Origin: Entomortierella parvispora E1425
Lineage: Eukaryota; Fungi; Mortierellomycota
Reading direction: 5' to 3'
DNA length: 64,000 bases
NCBI GenBank assembly: GCA_020891255.1
Contig: BQFW01000013.1
Coordinates: forward strand, 1,488,001 to 1,552,000
The notes under the pieces are model-generated. The model was not told the origin of the DNA. It ran no database searches and worked only from the letters and a program-made list of their open reading frames with translations. Positions 12,579-24,628 of this stretch are shown in pieces. The position numbers were made by a program, and so were the translations under genes. Every line of letters begins with the position of its first letter. Within the stretch, counting starts at the first letter, position 1.

Positions 12579-13022
12579 TGCTGAAAGATTAAGGGTCGTG
12601 CAGGATGAATGAATGGGATGGTGGAATGGAAAAGGGAGAAAAGAGTGAAGGAATGATTCGAAGAAGAACGGCAAACAACAAAGACAAGGAGTGGAGGCTC
12701 TCTCCCTCCTGTTCTCTCTTGCCCCTCGACTTCCACGCGCCGCCCATGCCGCGGGATCCGAAAGAGTGGCAGGCTCACTGGCAACCACTGCACCTTTGGC
12801 GCGCTAGGGCACACAGCAGGACGCCCAAACGACGTCCTTTCTGCAAGTCTATTGATAGATACCCGCGTCGTTTTCCAAAGGGCGGATGGGTAGAAAAGAC
12901 TGCCGCTGTGAGCGAGAACGAGGCCATCCCGGTCATCCAGGTTGCCCTTGGGTGCCTGGACTCTGAAATATCAACGCTCGTCGCCTAATGATGCGGCCCT
13001 TTCTTTTTTTCACGCGTGCAAT

Positions 13023-14154
13023 TCAGTGTAGACAACCTTGGAAGCATCGCTTTATTAACGAACGCAAGCAATCTTCTATCCTGGTCGTTGTTCTTTTCAG
13101 TTCGGCACGTTTACTTTCCCCATGCCAGTGCTGTGGGGTTACATGTCTGTCGGCAACGGGGGAGCACCCTGCAAGAAGAGAGACCAGTGTAAAGCCTGGG
13201 GGTGCAAGGACTATAGCTTTCAGTTGCCCTGCAGCATTCTTTGAAAACTGAAGTAGCTGTCGTTTCGCAACTTGGTCCTGCAAGTGGTGATGCTGAGAAG
13301 TCAGCCAAGGAGATTCGACAGCAAACCAACGTTCGCCCTTGGTGCTTGCGAACGCATCGCCAGTTGTGTCCCAATCGCCCCTACCAAGGAAGACAATCCT
13401 TTCTTTCAACTGAAGTGTGGTATAATCACGGTGAAGATTTTGACATTCAAGGCATGCCCAACATTCTGGCCCATTCTCCCTCTGATGGCAGTCAATTCGA
13501 TACGATGTTGGATTCATCGTGGCATCATCCAGATTGCAATTCTGCAAATGATCGTCATCCTCAAGCATCCTCCTCATTCCCTCTCGGATCACCAGAGTGC
13601 CTCCATCTCTCAAGATTCTGAGATTCCGAGATCAATCAATCATCCGCAGTCTCGATCCAACAGTCTTGAAAAACGATTCTGGCATCCTGTGTGCAAAAGT
13701 CCATTCGATCTTGGATCAAGGGATCGATGTCAATATCAAACAAGTCCTGGATCAAACAATGATCCTCCACCAACGATTCGTACTCTCTCCACGATCAATC
13801 CATTCCAGATCTTGATTTGACATCCTGAGAAGACAGCAATCGGACCTTTCATAGATTCTAGATCTTTCACTTCCCCTTGAGCAATCGTGCTCCTCAGCAA
13901 GACTCCTGACAAAGGGCAGTATCAAGGGAAAATCGGCCATAGATTCTCCCTATACATACGATATTTCCTTCCCGAAAAACAGCAGTGGTCTCCTCGGTTG
14001 ACATCGCTCTCAACGACCTCCAAGTACGACTCGACGGGTTCCTGAACGACCAACCCAACCATTCCTTGCCCTCCTGCATATAAATCGATCCTGAAAGCTG
14101 AACACCTGTATCCAGTGAAAAGAGGGAACATTTTTCCTGTATGGGCTTTCTCAA
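13023..14154 (-). pseudogene. Degenerate or unannotated gene of unknown family with a CxxC-containing segment
   Basis: Protein-like segments in successive frames (IDLYAGGQGMVGLVV..., RVLLRSTIAQGEVKDL..., DIDIDPLIQDRMDF..., YRIDCHQRENGPECWACLECQ) and one plausible 54-nt GTATGT..CAG intron, but no single intact frame. Confidence 0.3.
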
Positions 14155-14356
14155 GTCAGTCTTCAGAAGTTGTGATTTGCGACTAGTCGCAGGCTCGTCT
14201 TCATCTCGCCTTGGGTTTATGTGAAGGGAAAGTCAATTATGTTCGACGTTTTCATCGTCCTTTTATTCGAAATGGTGAAATAAAGGAGTAAACTCCCATC
14301 GTCCAACAAGTTCAAGTTTTAAAGAGAAGGTCAAAATCAGTTTAGAGATAAACTGC

Positions 14357-15065
14357 TTATTCCTCATCCTCATCCTCGTCCTGGTTGGCGATGTTGAAGT
14401 AACGGAGCTCATAGGTACCCTTGTCCGAGGCAATGACACGGAGCCAGTCACGGAGCTGGTGCTTCTTGAGGAACTTCTTGGTAAGGTACTTGAGGTAACG
14501 CTTGGAGAACTCCTGGTTGGCAGTGACGGTGATCTTGGCATCATCACCACGGACAATGGTCACCTTATCGGCGAGACCACCGGTGCGACCCTCGATCTTG
14601 ATGCGATCGTGAAGGAACTTCTCCTGTATGTCCCGATAATAGTGATATTCCGATGAGATAGGAGAGAGAGTTGATGTTAGTTCACTGTTCTTAACTGCCT
14701 CAATCAAAGTCAATGCTCAAAAAAAAGTCCTTACGAAAGCAGCGGCATCAAAGATCTTGTCACCGGCAGGACCGGAGCAGTCAATGGTGAACTTGTGGGA
14801 GACCTTCTTGGTAGCCTTCTAATAAACCGAAATAAAACGAACGAAGTCAGATGATGGATTCTGGACATCAGATTGAAAATCCATGATTTGAATGTTGAAT
14901 TCCAAATGTCGATGGAGCAATGATGATGATGATGAATCCAATCTCCAGTCATTGAAAAGGAGTCCACAAGCATAGGAAGTGTTGGCGTTTGTCAAGCCCA
15001 AGTCCAGTGTCCCAGTGAAGATCCAATGAAGCACAATGGCTGGAGTCACTCACGGTGGGTGCCAT
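14357..15065 (-). CDS. RPL22: 60S ribosomal protein eL22; exons 15065-15054, 14818-14735, 14623-14357
   Basis: [47 protein letters not shown]...[25 protein letters not shown]. Confidence 0.97.
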
Positions 15066-15229
15066 TTCTTGAAATTCGGGGGAAGTAAGAGAGAGATCTC
15101 AATAATCCACGCAGGACCGTCGTCTTTATTTTGCGAATCTGGATTGAAATTTTCAATGGCTCTGGATTTTCACACCCCTTAAGAAAATGCACGTGATGAT
15201 TGTTTCACTCTCTGTATCACGGTGCACCT

Positions 15230-18156
15230 CTACAAAAGTTTGATCTTGCGCGCGATCAAAAGGAACAGGCTGGCTGCTAAAAAGATGGCTGTAACGATCC
15301 AAAAGAACCATGCTAGATCCTCGGATTCTTGCCCAGGAACAGGAACATTCATACCCCACAGACCAGTCACCAAGTTCATGGGCAAAAGGATACTGCCCAA
15401 CACCGTCAACTTGGTCAACACGTCGTTGGTCTCGTTCGAAGCGGAGGTCATCTCAATGTTGATCTGCGCCAAGTAGTTCGAATGCGACCGAGAAAGGATC
15501 TTTTCATAGTGGGAGAGATTCTGAAGCATGGTAATAATATGATCTAGAAAATAAAAGTGCAATTGGATCACAATATTCAGTAATTTGCTCTTTAGAACCG
15601 TCCTTCAAAGTCTAGAATGCTTACCTTGGATATCACCCATGAATAACCCGATTTCGCCCATGCCTTTGCGGCCCATACGGCCCTCATATCGCTTAATTAG
15701 TCCTTTGATCACATCGGCTTTCCCTGTAAGCAAACGCAACAAACTCATGACACGCTTGCGGCAATTGCCAATCCGCCTCAACATGTCTGCTTGTTCAGAT
15801 TCCTTTAGAATCAAAACAAGCTCATCAATCATGTCGACTTCTATCTCTACTTGGCGGATTAATGGTGCGAATGTATCCACAATATCGTCAATAATCGCAT
15901 AGTTGATCCAATCTAGTATCAAGGGACAAACGACAAGTTAGTCCTCAATTTACTGTGCACTTTGATGTAAGAGCATTGCTTCCACAACATCAAATACCTG
16001 GGGTAACTTCCATCCTCTCCTTCAAGTGACGAATCCTCTTTCGAACATTTCTACAATGAGGTACTGGCCGGAAGTGATACTAGATGAGAAGGGAAGAGTT
16101 GATCATTCATCAGACCATCAGCTGACCTCTCTTCTTTTTTTCCTTCCCTACTCGTGTAGATACAAGACTTACGGAAATGATCCCATTGGGGAAGACTAGG
16201 GTATAAACACTTAGAGGCTGCAAGTAATTGTGACTGGTTGGATCCAACACAAACGTGCGAAAGCAGACAAAGTAATAGTTGAGGAACATTTCGCACTTCT
16301 CACGGCCTTCCTCCATAAGGATATCTTCTGTGGTTAGAGGGTGTATGCGAAAGACCTATGGGGCGGTAAGATAACTATTGTTAGCCTCACATTGGTCAGA
16401 TAACAACTGATCACATCGCTTCAGTGCATATCTTACCTGACTCAGCATCCGAATTTCACTGTCAGTTGGAGCAAGCACATCTAGCCAAAAGCAACCTGCT
16501 TGAAGCATGCTCGAGAGTGTCTGCCCCCGGGGTGGGATCTCACCCAGGGTTTGCGCATGCACAGTTACCGAGGCAGTGGAGTACAGCGTAAATCGATATG
16601 CATCATCCAATGGAACCTAAACCGGAATTGAGTATGCATATTATTAGTTAGTCGCGCAAAATATCAATTGTATGGTCTTCTCTATGTCATTCTTACCTGG
16701 CTCCTGTCACGTTCTCCAAAGAGACTGTATGTTCGATCCAGGACAGTTTCAGTTCTCCCTGACATGGATCCATAGTTGACTTCTTTGGCTGCTTGAGCTG
16801 AGAGCGGCCCTGACGATCCAAAGGAGGTCGCCAGTGCACTAGTTTTGATCCTGGAAAGCAAACCACTGGTCCCGCTCTTTGTCCTGACTCTCGCTGGCGA
16901 CTCCTCTTCAGCCATCATTTTTTGGGTGTTGATTTGCTCCTGACGGATGTACTCTTCCAACGATCCATAGTCAATATCCAGATTAGACGATTGGATAGGA
17001 TAGCATACCTAAGACGATAAAAATTGTTTAGTCATTGGCCCTTATCTGATCAGAGCCGTGGGGTATCAGCCAGGAGCAGAGGAGGAAATGATGAAGGGGG
17101 TTAAGCTGGACTTACATCTTCTTCAGCAACAGAGTGTCGACGGCTTGAGAAATCGTAGCTTGAATCTGTGACATCTTCATAATCGTAGTGGTGTGACAAA
17201 CCATTGCTGTCCATATCGAGCACACGTGCGCCTTTCCTGGCCTCCTTTTGGATTTTTGATAATCGAGCATGGAGCGGGACAGGCGAGGTGGTCATCATTC
17301 GAGGAAGAGGTCCAATAGTCTCCACTGTCACAGGCGAGGTAGACAGAAAGGTCGGTCTGCTTAGCCCTTGCTCCATTACATCTCCAAACTGCCCGATGTC
17401 TGATGTGGTGATTTGGGGCATAATAAGCGTATCTTCTGTCAAGTTCCTGTTCAATCCATCATCAGAGCTGGAACTGTGGTGACTAGTGGGGCGGCTGGAT
17501 CTCGAGGATTGATCCCTACGTCCTGGACTTCTTAACGAAGAGAAGGAGTGTGACAATGAAGACACACCAGAGGGTTGAGTCGGCAACGGTGGACGATGAG
17601 TTGGCTGAGAGTTGCTGTTTTGTCTGGATCGAGATGATCTCGACGATCTGGAACTCTTTGATGTTTTCGAGGTTGTGGAGGAGGCGACCGACGATACAGA
17701 GGAACGGCGCTGCCGTTCTGTACTCACGCCGCTGTTCGCCTTTTTATGGCGCTGCTCTTGATTCTTTGGGGATTGTCGTGTGGCCTGTTGGTGATCCCGG
17801 AACTGACGCTGTAACGGCTGATGATCCACGAACGACCTCCCGTAAAGAAAGGGCGAAGCACCGTCGTAGCTGCTTGAATAATGATCATGGTCCAGCGGAC
17901 GAGTAAACGAGCGCGAGTACGCCCCACTTCCTGCAGAGGCAGAGGCATTGCCAAGAAGCGGTGCTGCCTCTGTCTTGTCCTCGGTTCTCTTTCCACGACG
18001 TCTACGTCTCTGCTTGCCAGAGTGGTCAGAGCCAGAGTCTCTGTGTTGGTCAAAGTCATCGTCGTGAAGACTGAGGATGCTTTTCGAGAGTGCCGACATG
18101 TCTGCAGATGCAGATCTGGCGGAGGAGGGGCCGTCACGAGGCGAAGTGGTATCCAT
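15230..18156 (-). CDS. CorA-family Mg2+ transporter (Alr1/Mnr2-like), multi-exon
   Basis: LTKLTVLGSILLPMNLVTGLWGMNVPVPG (GMN motif), WINYAIIDDIVDTFAP, FWLDVLAPT, long Ser-rich N-terminus. Confidence 0.93.
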
Positions 18157-18163
18157 GGTGGAA

Positions 18164-18200
18164 GGGAATGGGATGGAATGGAATGGAATGGAATGAAATG
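18164..18200 (+). repeat. Imperfect (GGAAT)n pentanucleotide repeat immediately upstream of the Mg-transporter start codon
   Basis: gggaatgggatggaatggaatggaatggaatgaaatg is visible. Confidence 0.85.
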
Positions 18201-18958
18201 CAGAAAAGAAGGAAAAAGAGAAGGAGGAAGAAAGAGTGAATGCGATGACAGAGATGACAGAATAAAATACGCCTGGCTGGTCGTGTGCGCTTGTCTGCTG
18301 CGTGAAACCAATGGAAAGTCCAAGAGACTAAAGAGAGGCCGACGATCGAGGACAACACGAGAGCAGAAGGAGAGGCAGGAGAGAACAGCAAAGAGACAGC
18401 AAAGTGAGGGGAGGGGCAGGAGGTGATGATGATTATGACAACACCACCGGCAATGGGACAAGGGAAAAGGAGCGTGCGAAATTGAAGGCAGTTTGAATCT
18501 TGATGATGATGATCGTGTGGTGCGACAGAGACTGGTGCACGGCCGCAGAAGAGAAATCAAAGTGGTACCAGGGATCAGGGACTCAACAATAAGTCTATTT
18601 GACAGGCGGAAAGGGGGCCGCTAAACTTGGCAGAAAAGAAATTTCTGCAAAACCAAGTCCTCAAACAATGGACAAAAGACAACGTTCTCATCATATCCTG
18701 TGCATGGTCTTTAAATGTCTCCTATGATAACCAGCCTCTCGTTACGGTCAACTGCAATGTGGACCAGAAGAAGGTCCCCTCGGGTTTGCCTTCAAGGATC
18801 GTCGACAAATCGCCGATCAAAAAAAAAAATCACATGACCAATTCGTTCCTTTATCGCACGGACTGCGTCTCCCGGCAGCACCGGGCGGATCTGATCAACT
18901 CAAAAAAGCATGGAGGTCCCATTTCTTGTCAAACCCACATTCAAAGTCGCATTAGGAA

Positions 18959-20282
18959 ATGGCTACCATTCTCAGTCGAGTCGCTTCTGGTCCGAGTCGA
19001 AGAACTCTCAGGATCGTACCGTCACATATCAAGGCTGGCAGTAAATCGCTGCTTCCATTGCGCTCCTTTACTTTGTCAGCAACGCGTCTTCATATTAGCC
19101 CATCGACTTCGGACAACAGCACAGGAGATAAGGACAAGTCTAATCTAGGATCTGTCTACACCGTTAATGAAGACGAGATCGCAAAGTTTGCAGCCATGTC
19201 GGATGAATGGTGGGCCCCCCAAGGACCCTTCAAAATGCTCCATCTCATGAACCCACCCCGTATTCGCTATATCCGCAACCGACTGACCGCATCTGGAGCG
19301 ATTCCAAACAACATCAGTGCCGACATGTCAGACCAGACGGCAAGGGACTCTAGAGCGCGATTCCCCCTCCAGGGCCTTCGTATCCTAGATGTTGGATGTG
19401 GAGGCGGACTTCTTGCCGAGGTAATGATAGTATGATAGTTATCCTGAACTTCAAATATCACGAAGCTGCAACTGTACTTGGCCTAATTTTCCGTGTTCGG
19501 CAAGGCATTGGCAAGACTAGGGGCAACGGTTACAGGACTGGACGCATCAATCGAAAACATTCAGATGGCACGGATTCATGCAAAGAAGGATCCATTGCTT
19601 AACAATGGATCCCCTGGATCATTAGAGTATCGTCATCTGACCGCAGGTAGGATACCGCGAGATGCTTGACTGTGTGTCTGACCTTCCTGTTGGAGAGAAT
19701 CAATCTTATCGTATTCTTCCTGCTATAGAGCAACTTTTGGAACAAGGTCTTCAGTTCGATGTTGTCTGCTCGATGGAGGTCATTGAGCACGTGGATAACC
19801 CAGCTGGTTTCTTGAAGGTCTTAGGACAGCTTGTCAAGGTAGACGACTCCTATCATAGATCCGAGCAATTGCATGAGTTCCACAAATATTAACATGGATG
19901 CCGATACTATTTTCGTTATTATTTACCATAGCCCAACGGAGATCTGATTTTATCAACCATCTCACGCACTCCTCTCGCCTATTTCTTGACTGTTTTCAGC
20001 GCGGAGCATCTTCTCAGAATGGTACCTGTTGGAACTCATCATTGGTCAAAATACATTACTCCAGAAGAGCTTAGCGCTGGAGTGGAGGATCTGGCCGACT
20101 GCAGAGTTCAAAATATTCAAGGCATTGGCTTTAGCCCACTCTCTGGTCAGTGGGAGCTGACAAGGAGCCGGTCATCATCTGGAGAAACAGACTCTGGACT
20201 GCTGTCAAAGCTTGGATCGACGTTCGCCGAGAGTGTCAATTACTTTTTGTCCGCAAAAAAGAATGGTCCTGGATCACCATAG
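18959..20282 (+). CDS. COQ3: Ubiquinone biosynthesis O-methyltransferase Coq3/UbiG, multi-exon
   Basis: Mitochondrial presequence; EIAKFAAMSDEWW..GPFKMLHLMNPPRIRYIR; LDVGCGGGLLAE; FDVVCSMEVIEHV; GTHHWSKYITPEEL. Confidence 0.96.
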
Positions 20283-20630
20283 TTGCAATAAACAGTGTAT
20301 ATTTCATCAAGATTCACCTTCGGCTCCTGCACAAGGAGATGAAGATGGAGTGTGAAAAAAAAAAAAAAAAAGAAAAAAAAGAACAAGTCGATACATTTAT
20401 TTCTCATTGGTCTTGGTGAGAGCAGTCTGGCATCTTGGAGAACAAAAATTGTCGTCACCGCGGTTCCAGTCCACACACGTTACTAAGCGAACGAACGGCC
20501 TTACACATAGAGCAACGGGGAGGTCATTTTTCGCCACAGATATCACGCTTGCTTGGGACCGTTGAGATACCTAGGTAACAAAAGAATTAGCATCCAGATT
20601 CAAGAATTGTATCCAGGAAAATGAATATGA

Positions 20631-21561
20631 TCAAAGCAACGCATACTTTGCTTGATAATCTTTCTCGCGTTTAAATAGGAGGACATGTGGCTCGGGGGCT
20701 ATGGCAAGGGGGAGAGAGCGAAGGAGTCCCATTAACAAAGTCTCTTGCTTACAAGAACCTGAACTTACAACTTTGCAGCATGAAATCTACCATGAATCAT
20801 ATAATGCTCCCATCCTTGCGATTGCTTTACACCCAGGCTTCGCCACTCCTCTTCAGTCATGAGCTCGTTGGGTACGTAGCGAGCAATGACTTTTGGCAAA
20901 GAGACATGTCTAAGAAACAGACGAATGGTATTGGAGATCAGGATTGTCAGTCAGGGCCTCTTTGGGGAGCAAGAAACGCAAATGACTCCAGCTGTTGGGG
21001 TGAAGCTCACCTGTATTCAAAAAGGTCGTCTTTAACAAATAAATGTCGCGGACGAAAAAGAAAGGAGTAAATATTTATTCGGTCCACTGAGAACATCATA
21101 CAGTGAAATTTCATGGGTGCAACATACCATAGTATCGAGCCGAGTACGTGATGTGTTCTTGATTCTTTGCAATATCTTTGGCGCGTTGCTCAGCTCTCTG
21201 TCTCAACTTTTCCTATGTAGGCAGGTAGATTATCAGTACTGTGGCTACTGAGAAGAAACATCAGACATTATATCAAAAAATATACCTCGTCTTGTCGATG
21301 GTGCGAATGATGGTGTTGGTTGTGGTGGTGGATAGGCTGGTGATGATGCTGATGAAGGTCCTGGTGCACATGCTGTTGTTGTTGCTGCGGGAAGTGGTGG
21401 GCTGCCGTTGTGTTGTTCATACCGTTACTTTGCGAACTGTGATGCTGCTGTTGTGGGAGGTGGTGCTGGTGGACGGACTGATGTGGTAAGGCATGCTGGT
21501 GAGAATGTTGGTGCTGTTGACCGTGGTGTGCGGACAAAGACGCGTTGGTGGAAGAGAGCAT
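20631..21561 (-). CDS. CKS1: CDK regulatory subunit Cks1/Suc1 with long His/Gln-rich N-terminal extension; exons 21561-21286, 21212-21128, 21029-21011, 20909-20791, 20698-20631 (188 aa)
   Basis: Spliced frame gives [21 protein letters not shown]...[35 protein letters not shown]; all intron phases are consistent. Not visible in the ORF track. Confidence 0.93.
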
Positions 21562-24500
21562 GTCGACCAATTTCGTCCCAAGAAACAGCAGCGAGCGAGA
21601 GTAAAGAAGTCAAGTGGATTTTGAAGATGAAAAAAGTGAATGAATGATGAAGAGAAAAGTCGAATGTGGAGGAATGTCGAGCAAAACAGAAAAGTAGTAA
21701 TGGCTGGGGTGAATGTTTTTGTTACTGATACAAAGGGGGAGGGGAGAAAAAAAAGAAAGGGTAATGAATGACATGCACGTCTGAGGATATATCGTCTCCT
21801 GAGGAAGCATGCCTTTGTTTGCCGTGATTCCGTGGTGCCTCCCTTTCTCAGTCCCTCGTTCCTCCTGGGCGACTCCTTTATTCTTTCCTGCGGAGGACGA
21901 GTGTAGAAGCTACAAGAAAAGGAGGCGGGAGGTCTTGTCTGCCTGTCTGTCCTGTCCGGTGCGGACGCGTACCGCCTCCAATACGGAGCGTGCGCGTGTC
22001 GTTTTTTTGTCTCTCCTCGTCCGCGTCTCGTTCGCGTCTCTTGGCTGGGCCCAATGGGTGCAGACCTGGCTGCATTGGGACAGGCCGCCGATGGGCGCTT
22101 CGTTCGATCATCTCGCCTCTCTGGATGGGTTTGAGCACACCAACTTGGCCCGATCTGTATCTTCATCATGCGCGGCAATCTGAGGAAGGGAAAGCACAAG
22201 GAACAAAGCCTACCAAAGGCTCTTTTGCTTTGTCTGCGGTGCAAGAGTCACAACGAAAGCAAAACCGGAGCTTGATGCTGGATCTCGTCTTCCTCTTCTT
22301 CTCCACATCTTTCCCCCCCGCCTCTCATTAGTTCCAAATGGAGGGAATAGCAGCATCGCCAACGACGATATCGCTACCACCCTGACCACCACCGACCTCA
22401 GCAGCTGCAGCTGTTGCAACACTTACCTTCGCCTTCACCTGAACTTTGACTTTTCACCGTCAATCCACCACGCCGCCTTGCCCATCCTTCCGCCCGTGGT
22501 AGTCGGTCTCGATTTTCGCCAGCTTAGTATCATCTCATCCATGCAACCACCGTGGGCCCTCTTTCGTGCATCCAATCTTCTGCACGCCGCACATCATACC
22601 TCCGACTGGGTTTCCTTTGAAATGAGGGCTTCGCCACCTGTCGAATCTCTAAGGGGTTCTCACACACGAAATCTACCATCGCTCTGAGCCCTCAAAACCA
22701 AAACCGCATGTCGCTTGTCCGCCTACGAGAACAGTCATCCCCAGCCTCACGTCAAAGACCGTAGTGACGCAACGACTTCCAGGCCTTCATGACCAAATTC
22801 CCCATCTAGATCCTACCAGGTCCTCTGGACCAGGATCGTCATCTCACTATCCCCGATCCCGCTCGGGATCACAAGATCGCCTGTCCAACAACAAGTTTGC
22901 CGTGCACAGAGCCAACCTTAGAGTCAGAGACAAATCCACCCCCATTGGAAGACCACCTTTGCACATCTTATCCTCTCCATTTTCGTGCGTTTTGCCTGCA
23001 CCTGGTGGATTTTTTCCCCTCTGGTGTCCTGTCACTTCAGACACCATCCACAATCGCGTTTGATCGCGGATTTTTTTAAATTCTATTTTCCTGCATTTTT
23101 TTCATTTATTTCCAGCCATGATTGCACCGTCGATCTGGCTCCAGTCAGGACCAAGCAAAGTGCGCGTTGGACGTGTCCGTGGCGACACGAATGACCATTC
23201 GCCCGTCTACTTCTGATCCTCTGACTAGTTCCCTTTTTCCGATCTGCATGTTTGAAACTCACAACGTTCAGTCGCAACAGGTCAACCATGGGCCCTCTTT
23301 TTCTTCATTTTTTCCCCTTCTTTCTCGAGGTTGATGCCACCCCGACTAGTTTCGAGGGTGCAGGCCATTCCCAAGAGCATATCAGCCCATTCTTCATCCA
23401 GTGCTTCCTCCAATCAACGGATTCTCTCTTATCCGTGAAGCGGCGACATTATTATACCGATCTGTACTTGCAGTATGGGAACCTACAACAAGAAGGCAAC
23501 AAACAAACGATCGTTGTTCTTTTTTTCTTAATAGGTTTAGCCAATAAACATTATTTGTCGTCATATCGAGAGTAGGGAAGAGGAAAAGAGGGAGGGGAGG
23601 GGAATGAAAATAAAGTCAATTGGTGATGTGAGAAAGGAAGAGAAACGTGTTTTTTTTTGTGAAAGGAAATGAACAGCGTGTGGTGTGCGTTGTGCGTGGC
23701 CTGAACGTGCCGAGCGAGCGTAGTTTGTTTTTTTTTTGTTTTTTTTTTTTTGTGTCAGCAGGTCGGCAGTTGCCGAGTCTGATGCCTGTGGATAGGTTCA
23801 AACAATAGCCGTGTGACAAAGCAGGCAGGGGCGAGACACTGCTGCTGGAGGCACTCCTCCCTTGCCGAAAGTCAATCCCTCTTTTCCATCATACCGCTCG
23901 GCAAGCAACTTTCCCTCGGGGTGCATGGCTGATAGACAGCAAGTCCTGGCTCTCTGTTTGCGATCTGTCCTTGGGCGTCAAACGAGAAAGGGAGAGCCAA
24001 GTGGTTGGTTGCAAAGTGACTTGCTGACGTCCACTTCTTTTGACCCTGATTCGGCAAGCAAAGGGGTTACTGAGTGAAAATAAAGAGGGAAAGAGCGAGA
24101 GAGGGCGGGAAAGACGCGATTACAACGGGACAAACAATGCAGCAGATTCCGTTGCTCTTTTTTTTCACAAACAACAACAGCGTGTCTCTGTGAGGAATGA
24201 CCACAAATAAACGAAAAAAGAGAGTTGCCGAAGATGAGCGCCTGGCAGGAAGAAATAGATCGTTCGCACTGGAGGCGGAGATAAAATGTTGTTCAACAAC
24301 TATTCTCCCGCGCCGCAGACTGGATGAACAAGAAGAACAAGATACTGGCACAATGAAAAGAGAGAGAGAGAGTAGTATTCTACAGTGCACCATGAAAAGG
24401 AGGGAAAGAGGGGGGGTGAGAGGAGGGATGATGGTCCCAGAGGAGAGAGCGAGAGATATGAAGTGCAGCAAGCGATCCCATGAAATAAGAGAAGGTCAAA

Positions 24501-24628
24501 GGATATCTTTCTCTGATACACCACACCACCTCGACCACACCACAACAAATACTTTTTTTCTTTTCTTTTCTCCCTTCTATCTATCAATCGATTCACTCTT
24601 TCCTTCTTCCCCACACTCATAACCAACC

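Noticed and set aside
14819-15053. Possible box C/D snoRNA in RPL22 intron 1
   Set aside because: There is a CTGA and a small hairpin near the 3' end but no canonical RTGATGA box C on the sense strand
17724-18560. 278-aa minus-strand and 181-aa plus-strand ORFs upstream of the Mg transporter (similarly 21417-22244, 35037-35528, 57864-58460)
   Set aside because: Translations of low-complexity CT/GA-rich UTR and promoter sequence, not protein-like
22417-22428. ACACTTACCTT resembling the U1 snRNA 5' end
   Set aside because: More simply the reverse complement of a GTAAGT donor; no U1 stem-loops or Sm site follow
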